NCBI GenBank assembly: GCA_947448325.1
Contig: CANFMK010000001.1
Coordinates: forward strand, 1-61,420
Length of the DNA stretch: 61,420 nt
Direction of reading: 5' to 3'
Origin: Comamonadaceae bacterium
Lineage (GTDB): Bacteria > Pseudomonadota > Gammaproteobacteria > Burkholderiales > Burkholderiaceae_C
Shown here: in pieces, positions 1 to 10,633 of the stretch
How positions within the stretch are numbered: the stretch's first letter is position 1
Layout of the letters: each line of letters opens with the position of its first letter
Translations under genes and position numbers: made by a program
Notes under the pieces: generated by a model
The model's input: only the letters and a program-made list of their open reading frames with translations
Told to the model about the DNA's origin: nothing
Database searches by the model: none

Positions 1-588
1 CATCTGGACCAGGTGCTGCTGACCTTCGGCTTGATTTACGTGTTCGAAGAAATGCGCTCCATCCTCTGGGGCGACGATGTGCACGGCGTGACGATTCCCG
101 ATGTGCTGAGTGCCTCCATCCCCCTCACCGATACCTTGTCTTACCCGGTCTACCGTCTGTTCATGTCGGGCGTGTGCCTGGTGCTGGCGCTGGGCCTGTA
201 CCTGTTGATTTCCAAAACCCGATTGGGAATGAAAATTCGCGCAGGGGCCTTCAATCACGAAATGACCGAAGCCCTGGGCATCAACATCAAGCTGATTCAT
301 GCCGTGGTGTTCGCGCTGGGCGTCGGCTTGGCGACCATCGCCGGCATGGTGGCTGCGCCGATTTCCAGCGTCTACCCGAACATGGGCTCGCAAGTGCTGA
401 TCATGTGCTTTGTGGTGGTGGTGATCGGTGGCATAGGTTCTGTGCGCGGCGCCCTGATTGCCGCTTTACTCGTCGGCCTGGTCGACACCTTTGGCAAGGT
501 GCTGCTGCCCCAGGTCTCCGGCATGTTGGTGTATGTCTTGATGGCGGCGGTGCTGCTGTGGAAACCCGAAGGCTTGTTCAAGCAATAA
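1..588 (+). CDS. Branched-chain amino acid ABC transporter permease (LivH-like), 5' truncated by window edge
   Basis: Hydrophobic ORF with 'TRLGMKIRAG..N.EM..ALGIN' and 'VVVVIGGIGS..GA' LivH motifs; frame is open from position 1. Confidence 0.9.
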   Translation, partial: HLDQVLLTFGLIYVFEEMRSILWGDDVHGVTIPDVLSASIPLTDTLSYPVYRLFMSGVCLVLALGLYLLISKTRLGMKIRAGAFNHEMTEALGINIKLIHAVVFALGVGLATIAGMVAAPISSVYPNMGSQVLIMCFVVVVIGGIGSVRGALIAALLVGLVDTFGKVLLPQVSGMLVYVLMAAVLLWKPEGLFKQ

Positions 589-599
589 AGCGCACAACC

Positions 600-1607
600 A
601 TGAGCCATTCGTCTTCACACACCGCATCTCACCTCGAGACCCTGCCGCCCAGTCTGAACCTGCTGCTCGCTTTGGGCCTGGCCGCTTTGCTGGCCTTTCC
701 TTTTGTGGGCACCGATTTTTATGTGCAAATGGTCTCGCGCATGATGATCTTGGCCATCTTCGCCATGAGCTTGGATTTGCTGCAAGGCGTCACCGGATTG
801 GTGTCACTCGGTCACGCGGCTTATTTTGGTGTGGCGGGTTATGCCTTGGCGTTTCTCACCCCAGCAGGCGAACCGGTCAGCCTGTACACCTCGCTGCCGC
901 TCGCGGTAGCCGCCTCGGCGCTGCTCGCCTTGGTGATCGGTTTTCTGGTGGTGCGCACGCAAGGCATTTACTTCATCATGGTGACCATGGCCTTCGCGCA
1001 AATGGTGTTTTATCTTTTCTTTGATAACAAAGTCCTGGGCGGCTCAGACGGTATTTACATTAACTTTAAACCCGATGCACGCTGGTTCGACCTGGAAAAC
1101 AAACAGGTTTTTTATCACTTCACCCTCGCCTGTCTGCTGGGGGTGTACGCCTTCTTACGCCGTTTGTTGTGGAGCCCGTTTGGCCGTGCGCTGGCCGGCA
1201 TCCGGGTAAACGAACACCGCATGCGCGCTTTGGGCTTTGCCACCTTTTCACACAAGCTGGCCGCCTTCACATTGGCTGGCGCCTTGGCGGGCTTGGCCGG
1301 TTTTTTGTGGGGCGCACAAACGGGCTATGTGAATCCTGAGCTCATGGGCTTTCACATGAGCGCGCACGTCATCATGATGGTGATTTTGGGCGGCATGGGC
1401 AATTTCGCGGGGGCCATCATCGGTGCGTTTTCTTTTGAATATGTGATGCACATTTTCAAAGACCTGCCTGAAATCGCCGGCTTCAATCTGGGCAAGCATT
1501 GGCAGTTGTGGATGGGCGGCTTCATTGTGGCCCTGGTGGTGTTTGCACCGCGCGGCATTTTGGGGCTTTTGGCCAAGTGGTTCAAGCGCGAAGGAGAAGG
1601 CGCATGA
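600..1607 (+). CDS. Branched-chain amino acid ABC transporter permease (LivM-like)
   Basis: ATG at 600; motifs 'GLVSLGHAAYFG', 'GIYFIMVTMAFAQ', 'SPFGRAL.GIR.NE.R'. Confidence 0.9.
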   Translation: MSHSSSHTASHLETLPPSLNLLLALGLAALLAFPFVGTDFYVQMVSRMMILAIFAMSLDLLQGVTGLVSLGHAAYFGVAGYALAFLTPAGEPVSLYTSLPLAVAASALLALVIGFLVVRTQGIYFIMVTMAFAQMVFYLFFDNKVLGGSDGIYINFKPDARWFDLENKQVFYHFTLACLLGVYAFLRRLLWSPFGRALAGIRVNEHRMRALGFATFSHKLAAFTLAGALAGLAGFLWGAQTGYVNPELMGFHMSAHVIMMVILGGMGNFAGAIIGAFSFEYVMHIFKDLPEIAGFNLGKHWQLWMGGFIVALVVFAPRGILGLLAKWFKREGEGA

Positions 1608-2383
1608 ATGCAACACCATTGAACAACGCACCGTTGCTCAGCGCGCGCGATCTGACCAAGCGCTTTGGCGGCTTGGCCGCGGTCCATCAAGTCTCGGTCG
1701 ACCTGTGGCTGGGCCAGATCCATGCGGTGATCGGCCCCAATGGCGCGGGCAAATCGACCCTCACCAATTTGTTGTCGGGCGATTTGCCAGCCACTTCGGG
1801 CACCGTGATGCTGCGCGGTCTGGATATCTCGGGGTGGACCCCTGAAAAGATCTCCAGCAGTGGTTTGGGGCGCAGTTACCAAAAAACCAATATTTTCCGC
1901 AGCTTCAGCATCTGGGAGAACGTGCGACTGGCCGCGCAGTCTCGCAGCCAGCCCAGCGCCTTCAATCCTTGGCGCTGGTTAGCAACGGCAACGCACATGC
2001 GTGATGTGAACGAACGCGCCGAGCGCGCCATGGAACTGGCTGGCTTGCAACACCGCCGCCAGCAGGTCGCCGGCGCCGCCAGCCACGGCGAACAGCGCCA
2101 ACTGGAAATTGCCATGACACTGGCGACCGAACCTGCTGTGTTGCTGCTGGACGAGCCCTTGGCCGGCATGGGCGTGGCTGAAGCGCAAAGCATGGTGCAG
2201 TTGCTTTTGCGTCTCAAACAGGACCACGCCATCTTGCTGGTCGAACATGACATCGACGCGATTTTCACCCTGGCCGACCAACTCACCGTGATGGTCAATG
2301 GCCAGGTCATTGCCAGCGGTTTACCCACCGATGTGCGCGCCGACCCCCATGTACAAGCGGCCTATTTGGGTGAGGAACATTGA
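1604..2383 (+). CDS. ABC transporter ATP-binding protein (LivG-like)
   Basis: ATGA overlap with upstream stop; Walker A GPNGAGKST, Walker B LLLDEP, VEHD. Confidence 0.92.
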   Translation: MNATPLNNAPLLSARDLTKRFGGLAAVHQVSVDLWLGQIHAVIGPNGAGKSTLTNLLSGDLPATSGTVMLRGLDISGWTPEKISSSGLGRSYQKTNIFRSFSIWENVRLAAQSRSQPSAFNPWRWLATATHMRDVNERAERAMELAGLQHRRQQVAGAASHGEQRQLEIAMTLATEPAVLLLDEPLAGMGVAEAQSMVQLLLRLKQDHAILLVEHDIDAIFTLADQLTVMVNGQVIASGLPTDVRADPHVQAAYLGEEH

Positions 2384-2384
2384 G

Positions 2385-3098
2385 ATGAGCGAATGCTTGA
2401 TCCAGGCCCAAGGTCTGAACACTTATTACGGTGCCAGCCACATCCTGCGCGGCATCGACTTTCGCATCAGCCGAAGTGAAACCATTGGCCTGATGGGCCG
2501 CAACGGCATGGGCAAAAGCACCCTGCTCAAGTCCATCATGGGCATCGTGCCACCGCGCGCTGGTGAGGTACTGATCAAAGGTCGACGGATGAATGGACGC
2601 CCCACCTTTGAAGTGGCGCAACTGGGCATCGCCTATGTCCCCGAAGGGCGCGGCATTTTTGGCAATTTGAGCGTGCAAGAAAATCTGAAAATGGCCGCAC
2701 GCCCGGGCACGCAAGGGCAACGCGAGTGGACCTATGAACGTGTGCTGGACACGTTTCCTCGTCTGCAAGAACGCTTGAACCACGGCGGCCAGCAGCTCTC
2801 TGGCGGCGAGCAGCAAATGCTGACCATTGGCCGCGCCTTGATGACCAACCCTGATGTATTGATTCTGGACGAAGCCACCGAAGGCCTGGCCCCGCTGATC
2901 GCCCGCGACATCTGGCGGATTTGCAGCGTCATCAAAGAAAGCGGCATCAGCGCGATCATTGTGGACAAAAACTGGAAACACGTCACGCAAATCACCGATC
3001 GCAATGTGATTTTGGTGAAAGGCGAAGTCGCCTACGAAGGCAGCTCCGAGCATTTGCGAAACAACCCCTCCGTGCTGGAGCAGCACCTCGGGGTGTGA
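2385..3098 (+). CDS. ABC transporter ATP-binding protein (LivF-like)
   Basis: GRNGMGKST, YVPEGR, LSGGEQQML, ILDE. Confidence 0.92.
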   Translation: MSECLIQAQGLNTYYGASHILRGIDFRISRSETIGLMGRNGMGKSTLLKSIMGIVPPRAGEVLIKGRRMNGRPTFEVAQLGIAYVPEGRGIFGNLSVQENLKMAARPGTQGQREWTYERVLDTFPRLQERLNHGGQQLSGGEQQMLTIGRALMTNPDVLILDEATEGLAPLIARDIWRICSVIKESGISAIIVDKNWKHVTQITDRNVILVKGEVAYEGSSEHLRNNPSVLEQHLGV

Positions 3099-3117
3099 TC
3101 TCATCAGGTTCGCTGTT

Positions 3118-3909
3118 TCAGCTTTGCGGCGCTTGAATCCAGTCAGTGATCAGCTTGACCGTTTCTTTTTCGAAATGAATAAACCCATGCCAGTGCTGGG
3201 CCGCGCAGGGGTCACCTTGAGGGTCTGATCCACCCTCGACCATGACGAATTTTTTCACCGGCACAGACTGGAGATCCGCCATGATGCGAGCAGCTTCGCT
3301 GGGGACACAGATTGAGCACGCATCATTTTTGTGATGCACCACCAAGGTGGGAATTTTCAAACTGGCAATATTTTGCGAAACAATGGCGCCGATCTTCTTG
3401 GACGTGACACTCGAAGTCAGCACCAATCCCTGTACTTGATCGGGGCCCAGTGCAATCGCAGTGGCGGTACCGGACACCGTTCCCCTGCTGGTGCCCACCA
3501 GCCACACGGGTTGCCCCCAAACCTCTTTGGCATAGGCGATCACTTTGGCCAACTCAGCCACATGACTTTTGCTCACGCGATAGCCGTAGTCCAATTGGTT
3601 CAAATCAGAAGCACGAAACACCACCAAGACATTGAATCCGGCCTTGAAAAAATCTTCGCGCGAGCGTGCCAAAAAGTTCCCGCTTTGAGGTTGTCCGTCC
3701 ACGATCTTTCCAGTGCCCGCATCACCGCCAGGCAGCAAGATCAGCGTGGCAGTGGCTTGGGGGTGTGGCATCACGTACACCGGGAGGCGCGCCTCGCCAC
3801 GACCCAAGTCCAGTTGCAGCATGCCCTCTTTAGTGGCCTGGGCGTGCACGCCCATCGCAAGGCAGCACAACAGCAGTTGAAACAGCTGACGCATCCCCAA
3901 TCGAGTCAT
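3118..3909 (-). CDS. Exported alpha/beta hydrolase
   Basis: N-terminal signal peptide (..GVHA-QA); nucleophile elbow 'LVGTSRG'; candidate Asp and His in 'HHKNDAC' and 'WHGF'. Confidence 0.75.
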   Translation of the reverse strand: MTRLGMRQLFQLLLCCLAMGVHAQATKEGMLQLDLGRGEARLPVYVMPHPQATATLILLPGGDAGTGKIVDGQPQSGNFLARSREDFFKAGFNVLVVFRASDLNQLDYGYRVSKSHVAELAKVIAYAKEVWGQPVWLVGTSRGTVSGTATAIALGPDQVQGLVLTSSVTSKKIGAIVSQNIASLKIPTLVVHHKNDACSICVPSEAARIMADLQSVPVKKFVMVEGGSDPQGDPCAAQHWHGFIHFEKETVKLITDWIQAPQS

Positions 3910-3926
3910 CTTCTTACCCTTGCACT

Positions 3927-4700
3927 TTATTTTTTCTCAGGTTTGAGGCCGCGCTTGAGATACACAGCGGCCGCTTCTGGCGACTGCAAAAAATCGATCA
4001 ACTCAGTGGCCGCACCCACTACGGCTGTGGTGGCGCCCAATCCTGCAGCGTAAGTAGTGATGTTGTTGAACGCGCCAGGAGGCGCGCCCATCAGATCAAC
4101 GCCCGACACGGCCAGGACCTCGGGCTCTTGCTGCACGGCCAAGTCGGCCTCACCGTTGACCACCAATTGGGCCGCGTTGCCGCTGGCGGGTGGGAACTTG
4201 GCCTTGGCTTGAATGGCGTCGGCGATGCCCATTTGAGTCAAGGTTTTGGCAAAAAAGACCCCGCTGGCGCCGCCAAAAGCCGGGTTGGAGTAGGCAATGG
4301 CTTTGGCATTGAGCAAGGTTTGCTTGTAAGCCTCGGGCGTGGAAATATCCACTTTCGGCGCGCCTTGTTTCACCACCACGGCCATACCGGAATTGGAAAA
4401 ATTGCGGTGGGAACCGGCTTGCGCCTTGCCCTCTTTGACCATCGCGTCCAGGCTTTGTTGCGTCAGCACCAGGACATCGGCCGTCTCACCGGCCTGAATG
4501 CGTTTGACCAACACGGCGGCTGTAGCCCAGGTGATTTTCAGCTGATGCCCGCTGCGCTTTTCAAAGGCGGGGGTCAGCTCTTCCAGAGCCGCCTGCACAC
4601 CGACGGTGCTGAACACTTTGATTTCAGCGGCGAACACCCCACTGGCTGGCACCCCGAGCAGGGCCAAACAGACTGAAATTCGTGTGAAGGAAACGCGCAT
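3927..4700 (-). CDS. Periplasmic substrate-binding protein, ModA/SBP_bac_11-like
   Basis: Signal peptide then 'AEIKVFSTVGV', 'AIAYSNPA.GGASG', 'GEADLAVQQ'; start placed at the ATG at 4700. Confidence 0.8.
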   Translation of the reverse strand: MRVSFTRISVCLALLGVPASGVFAAEIKVFSTVGVQAALEELTPAFEKRSGHQLKITWATAAVLVKRIQAGETADVLVLTQQSLDAMVKEGKAQAGSHRNFSNSGMAVVVKQGAPKVDISTPEAYKQTLLNAKAIAYSNPAFGGASGVFFAKTLTQMGIADAIQAKAKFPPASGNAAQLVVNGEADLAVQQEPEVLAVSGVDLMGAPPGAFNNITTYAAGLGATTAVVGAATELIDFLQSPEAAAVYLKRGLKPEKK

Positions 4701-4759
4701 GACCGGCCTTTCTGTGCCAAAGAAAAAATCCATGATAGAGGCTTTCGTGGCGAACGCCA

Positions 4760-5530
4760 TCACAGTAAAACCCTCAGTTCCCGGGCTGCGTCCCAAAGCA
4801 AAGGCAGCCAATTTCTTTGTACCGCTGTGTCTCTCAACTGCTCGGCTGTACCCACGACATTGAGCGCCGCCAGAGTCTGGCCCTGCATATTGCGCAGCGG
4901 AACCGCCAGGGCGTGAATGCCCAATTCATGCGCTTCTCGGGCCAAGCAAAAGTCATCCTTTCGCACCTGGGTGATCAGGGCTTTGAAAGCACTGCGGTTG
5001 ACCTGAGTTTGCGGGGTGATGCGCGTCAACTCCCGGCCTTGCATCCAAGCGTTAAAGTCCGTCATGGGTAAATTGGCCAGCAACACCCGGCCAGTGGATG
5101 TGGCATGGGCAGGCAGCCTGGCCCCCAAATGCAAACCATAGGCCGCATGCCGCACCGGCTCGGCCGAGCCGGCACTGCGCGCCACGATCACGCCCTCCCC
5201 GCCATCCAACACCACCGCCGAAAACGCGGCCTGGGTTTGCTGCGACAGTCGATTCAAAGTGGGTTGCAAGGTGCGTGGCAAGCGCGAGGTCGCCATGTAG
5301 CTGCCGGCAAATCGCAGCACCCGAGCGGAGAGCCAGTAATGGCTGCCATCGGAGTCGAGGTACCCCAACTCGGCCAGGGTGAGCAAATGACGTCGGGCTG
5401 CTGCACGGGTGATGCCGGTGCGCTGGGCAGCCAAGGTGGCGTTCAAGCGCTGGCGGTCGGTGTCAAAGGCCTCGAGCACCGACAAGCCTTTGGCCAGGCC
5501 TTCGATGTAGTCTGCTTTGGCAATGGTCAT
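4760..5530 (-). CDS. pobR: IclR-family transcriptional regulator, PobR/PcaR type
   Basis: 'YIEGLAKGLSVLEAF', HTH 'TRAAARRHLLTL', 'G.RLPAHATSTGRVLLA'; divergent from pobA. Confidence 0.85.
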   Translation of the reverse strand: MTIAKADYIEGLAKGLSVLEAFDTDRQRLNATLAAQRTGITRAAARRHLLTLAELGYLDSDGSHYWLSARVLRFAGSYMATSRLPRTLQPTLNRLSQQTQAAFSAVVLDGGEGVIVARSAGSAEPVRHAAYGLHLGARLPAHATSTGRVLLANLPMTDFNAWMQGRELTRITPQTQVNRSAFKALITQVRKDDFCLAREAHELGIHALAVPLRNMQGQTLAALNVVGTAEQLRDTAVQRNWLPLLWDAARELRVLL

Positions 5531-5550
5531 GGTGTTTCTGTCTCCCCGCA

Positions 5551-5592
5551 ATTTGCGCGATCATCGCACAAATGATGTGCAGTGCGCACAAA
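5551..5592. promoter_or_regulatory. PobR/PcaR-type operator between pobR and pobA
   Basis: Near-perfect 23-bp palindrome ATTTGCGCGAT-C-ATCGCACAAAT (5551-5573), then a second TGTGC..GCACA box; resembles the PcaR/PobR operator consensus. Confidence 0.75.
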
Positions 5593-5614
5593 TCCAACCT
5601 CCAACCACCGGTAG

Positions 5615-6874
<1,260 letters not shown>

Positions 6875-6900
6875 GCGGCGCCCAATGGCACGCACATGAC

Positions 6901-6925
6901 AAGGCCGCGCAAGCGGCCTTCTTCA
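6901..6925 (+). terminator. Stem-loop after pobA (possible terminator)
   Basis: AAGGCCGC-GCAA-GCGGCCTT followed by CTTC; U tract is weak. Confidence 0.45.
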
Positions 6926-6956
6926 TAATGGGAGCCTTGATTCACAAAGGCTCTGC

Positions 6957-7826
6957 ATGTCATCTTCCAAACCCCTGCGCGGCGTGCGCGTTGTCACTCT
7001 CGCCCTGAACCTGCCGGGTCCAGCGGCCATCATGCGCCTGGCGCAAATGGGCGCCTCGTGCACCAAAATCAACCCGCCCTCGGGCGACCCGATGTTCCAT
7101 TACACGCCAGACGGCTACGCCCTGTTCCACAAAGGCGTCAAAGGCAAAACGCTGGACCTGAAGACCGATGCAGGGCAAGCCGCCATCCACAAAATACTGC
7201 CCAATACCGATGTGCTCTTGACCTCGTTTCGGCCTTCGGCTTTGCACAAGCTGGGTCTGAGCTGGAAGTCGCTGCACAAACAATACCCTGGCCTGAGCCT
7301 GATTGAAGTGGTGGGCGCACCCGGCCCTCTGGCCGAGATCCCCGGCCACGATCTGACCTACCAAGCCGAAGTGGGCCTGGTCAATGGCATGGACCTGCCG
7401 CCCAGCCTGTTTGCCGACATGGGCGGCGCGCTCATGGCCAGCGAAGCGGCGCTCAAGGCCGTGTTGACGCTCAAAACCACCGGGAAAGGAAGTCGCCACG
7501 AAGTGGCTTTGTCTGAAGCTGCCGCCTGGCTGGCCCTGCCCCGCCGTCTGCGCATGACCACACCCGAGGGCGCGGTAGGCGGTGCGCATGCAGGTTACCG
7601 GGTGTATGCCTGCAAGAACGGACGCGTCGCCGTGGCCGCACTGGAGCCGCACTTTGCTGCCAGCCTGTGCGAAGCCGCTGGCGTGGCCATCGGCCACCCG
7701 TCCAAAGACCTCTTCAAACTCAGTACGCACCGGGCGATTGAAAACTTTTTGGCGGGTCAAACCCGCCAACAACTCGACAAGTTGGCCACCGCCAAAGACA
7801 TCCCGATGATGAGCTTGCCGCGCTGA
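6957..7826 (+). CDS. CaiB/BaiF family III CoA transferase (short form)
   Basis: 'PLRGVRVVTLALNLPGP', 'DVLLTSFRP', 'PGHDLTYQA', 'FADMGG'. Confidence 0.85.
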   Translation: MSSSKPLRGVRVVTLALNLPGPAAIMRLAQMGASCTKINPPSGDPMFHYTPDGYALFHKGVKGKTLDLKTDAGQAAIHKILPNTDVLLTSFRPSALHKLGLSWKSLHKQYPGLSLIEVVGAPGPLAEIPGHDLTYQAEVGLVNGMDLPPSLFADMGGALMASEAALKAVLTLKTTGKGSRHEVALSEAAAWLALPRRLRMTTPEGAVGGAHAGYRVYACKNGRVAVAALEPHFAASLCEAAGVAIGHPSKDLFKLSTHRAIENFLAGQTRQQLDKLATAKDIPMMSLPR

Positions 7827-7860
7827 AATGTGGGCGTGAACAAGCTGCGGTTTAACAAGT

Positions 7861-8673
7861 TCACTTACCGGTGAAATGCGGGGCGCGCTTTTCCACAAAG
7901 TGCGCCACCCCTTCGCGGAAGTCTTCGCTGGCAAAGCTCTTGACCATCTCGGCATTGGCCTGACGCGTGTTCTCGGCCAGGCTTTGGAACGGCGCGTCGT
8001 ACTGCTGGCGCTTGATCACCGCCATGGAGCGCGGCGACACGTTGTCCACCAAATCACGCACATAGGCGTAGGTGCTGGCCGCCAGTTGATCGGCGGAAAA
8101 GATTTTGTTCACCAAACCCATGGCCTGGGCCTCAGGGGCCAACACTTTGCGCGCCGACAACAGCAAGTCCATGGCGTTAGCGTGACCCACGACCATAGGC
8201 AGCATCCAGCTCAGGCCGTGTTCCGCAATCAAACCGCGACGAGAAAACGCCGTGGTGAACACCGCGTTGTCAGCTGCGAAACGGATGTCGCAGTACAGCG
8301 CATGCACCAGCCCGATGCCGGCGGTGGCGCCGTTGAGCATGCCAATCACCGGCTTGGGGATGGCCGGGTAAAAGCCATAACGTGTTTGGTAGTCGAGCCG
8401 CTGGTTCACATCAAAGGGCTGTGTCCAGGTCGTGGCGGTGATGTCGCTGGGGTCCAGGGCTTTGAGCAAGTCCATGTCCGCACCCGCGCAAAAGCCGCGA
8501 CCTGCACCGGTGAGCACAATGGCGCGCACGCCACTGTCTGCGGCTGCAGCGTCCATGGCTTGGCGCACTTCGCGCTCCATGGTGTTGGTCCAGGCATTGA
8601 GCTTGTCAGGTCGGTTCAGGGTGATGGTGGCGATACGGTGTTCCACGCTGTACAAAATGTCTTGGTAGCTCAT
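7861..8673 (-). CDS. Enoyl-CoA hydratase/isomerase (crotonase) family protein
   Basis: 'ITLNRPDKLNA', 'GRGFCAGAD', 'SEDFREGVAHFVEKRAPHFTGK'; AAGGAG RBS before the ATG at 8673. Confidence 0.92.
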   Translation of the reverse strand: MSYQDILYSVEHRIATITLNRPDKLNAWTNTMEREVRQAMDAAAADSGVRAIVLTGAGRGFCAGADMDLLKALDPSDITATTWTQPFDVNQRLDYQTRYGFYPAIPKPVIGMLNGATAGIGLVHALYCDIRFAADNAVFTTAFSRRGLIAEHGLSWMLPMVVGHANAMDLLLSARKVLAPEAQAMGLVNKIFSADQLAASTYAYVRDLVDNVSPRSMAVIKRQQYDAPFQSLAENTRQANAEMVKSFASEDFREGVAHFVEKRAPHFTGK

Positions 8674-8684
8674 GGTCGCTCCTT

Positions 8685-9191
8685 TCAAAGTGATTTCGCT
8701 GAAGCTTTGGCGCGCGCCAAAAAAGCTTGCGTCGCAGGCTGGGCCAGCAACTCGCGACTCCAGCGTTGCAGCACTTTTTCTAATCGCGGTGCGGCCACAC
8801 CCAACTGCACCATGGCCACGCCGCCGTTGACCGATTCGCTGTAATCGCAAATCAAACCATCGCGCAGTTCAAAGCGGCTGATGCCATCGATCACCACCTG
8901 CTTGCCGGCAAAGTCAGGCACCTTGGAGGTGAAGCTTGACAAAGAGCGGGCGTAAGCGATCGACCCATTGCAAACAGGATCGAACATCTCCCAACGGTAG
9001 TCCGGCCCGGCGTCGCGGTGGAACAAGTCCGTCATCATGTGGGCGATATCGGCGCGGCCAGTGTGGTCACCATAGATGTAGTCATGGTAGACACCGTCGG
9101 GCGTGAAGCATTCGGCAAAAGCTTCACCATCGCCGCGTTCCGCCGCCGCACTGAAGCGGCTCAGCAGGGTTTGAAATTCGTCTTGCGTCAT
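8685..9191 (-). CDS. NTF2/SnoaL-like family protein
   Basis: 'GDGEAFAECFTPDGVYHD..G..GRADI', 'FELRDGLI'; AAGGAG RBS 8 nt before the ATG. Confidence 0.8.
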   Translation of the reverse strand: MTQDEFQTLLSRFSAAAERGDGEAFAECFTPDGVYHDYIYGDHTGRADIAHMMTDLFHRDAGPDYRWEMFDPVCNGSIAYARSLSSFTSKVPDFAGKQVVIDGISRFELRDGLICDYSESVNGGVAMVQLGVAAPRLEKVLQRWSRELLAQPATQAFLARAKASAKSL

Positions 9192-9213
9192 CACAATCAC
9201 TCCTTCGGAATCG

Positions 9214-10428
9214 TCAATCGGGTAAAGGCTCAGGTAAATGTTTCAGGGTACGAACTTTGGAAGCTGTGATGATGATCGCTTGTATCCCAAAGCCTGCCAC
9301 CACCATCCATAAACTGACCGACACCGGCCAGTTCACGCCCACAAAACCACCCAGCGCCGCGCCCAAGGGTCGGGCGCCGGTGCTCACCACAATGTTGATC
9401 GAGGTGACGCGCCCAATCATGGCGCGTGGCGTCACGGTTTGCCGCAGCGTGGTGGAGGTGATGGTCCAGATGATCGGCCCCACCCCAAAGAAAAAATACG
9501 ACAGCGCCGCCACCCAGGCCTGCGGCCAATACAAAGAGCAGGCCATGGTCGTGGCCGCCAACACCGAGAAATAAGGCCCCACCAAGATCGCCTGTCCAAA
9601 CGGCAATGCAGCCACCACACGCGGCGCCAACAAAGACCCCAAAATCATGCCCACGCCGTAACACGCCAAAGTCACGCCCACGCCACTGGCATCCAGACCC
9701 AGCACGCGGATGGCATAGGGCACATACGCGGCTTGCAACATGAACCAGGCAATGTTCCAGGCAATCGAGGTGAAAACAATCGGCCGCAGCAAATCGCTGC
9801 GCCAGACCCACTGGGCCCCGTCCTTGAGTTCGAGCAATGGATGGCGCGGCGGCACAGGCGCACGTGCAGGCTCTTGGATGCCACGCAGCAAAACCACCGC
9901 GGCCACCGACAACATGCCCGACAGCACAAAAGCCGCTGAAGCACCTGTCCATGCGATCAAGGCTCCCGCCAGCGCAGGTCCGGCTGCAAACGCGGTGCTG
10001 CGTGCCAACTCTAAGCGGCCGTTGGCTTGGGCCAAGCCTTCGACTTGGACCAAGGCAGGCACCAAAGACGGCGCGGCCACACTGAAGGCCACGGTGCCCA
10101 CCGCCGCCAAAAAACCGATCACAGCCAAAGCCACGATCGTGACCTGCTCCGTCACTACCAAGGTGAACAGCAGCAGCAAAGCCACAGCGCGCAAGGCTTC
10201 GGCCAAAGCCATCAAACGCTTGCGCGAGGTGCGATCGGCCAATAGCCCCAGCGGCATGGAGAGCAACAAAAAGGGCAAGGACTGGATCGAGGCCAAAAAC
10301 CCGATCTCGCCAGGCCCCGCTTGGAGCAACAGCACCGCCACAATGGGCACCGCCGCCAAACTCAGTTGTTCGGCCGACTGCGCAAGCAAATTGGCACCCG
10401 CCAGACGGCGAAATGAAAGAGACAGCAT
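9214..10428 (-). CDS. MFS transporter
   Basis: About 12 hydrophobic segments; motif A 'GLLADRTSRKRLM'. Confidence 0.88.
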   Translation of the reverse strand: MLSLSFRRLAGANLLAQSAEQLSLAAVPIVAVLLLQAGPGEIGFLASIQSLPFLLLSMPLGLLADRTSRKRLMALAEALRAVALLLLFTLVVTEQVTIVALAVIGFLAAVGTVAFSVAAPSLVPALVQVEGLAQANGRLELARSTAFAAGPALAGALIAWTGASAAFVLSGMLSVAAVVLLRGIQEPARAPVPPRHPLLELKDGAQWVWRSDLLRPIVFTSIAWNIAWFMLQAAYVPYAIRVLGLDASGVGVTLACYGVGMILGSLLAPRVVAALPFGQAILVGPYFSVLAATTMACSLYWPQAWVAALSYFFFGVGPIIWTITSTTLRQTVTPRAMIGRVTSINIVVSTGARPLGAALGGFVGVNWPVSVSLWMVVAGFGIQAIIITASKVRTLKHLPEPLPD

Positions 10429-10633
10429 CCAGAACAATCCAAGGGTGAACACAGGCGAGAAGTCGCCTGAACGGCTCATTTTGGTTGGCGTGAGTAGGTC
10501 GCCTTGTCACCAAAGTGGCTTAGACGCCGGCTTGAGACGCCAAGCAGGGGTATCTCCGCTTGATGTTAAGGATCGAATGCCTTTGAATCTCAGACAAGGG
10601 TTGCAAGACCGATTTCACTCCAGGAACAAGAAC

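Noticed and set aside
3205-3232. GGGGTC...GGGTCTGATCC resembling the hrpA hairpin element
   Set aside because: No extended palindrome; explained by the coding sequence GGSDPQGDP.
9740-10633. N-terminal 298 aa of the 999-aa ORF
   Set aside because: Antisense shadow of the MFS gene; a signal peptide begins at the ATG at 10634.
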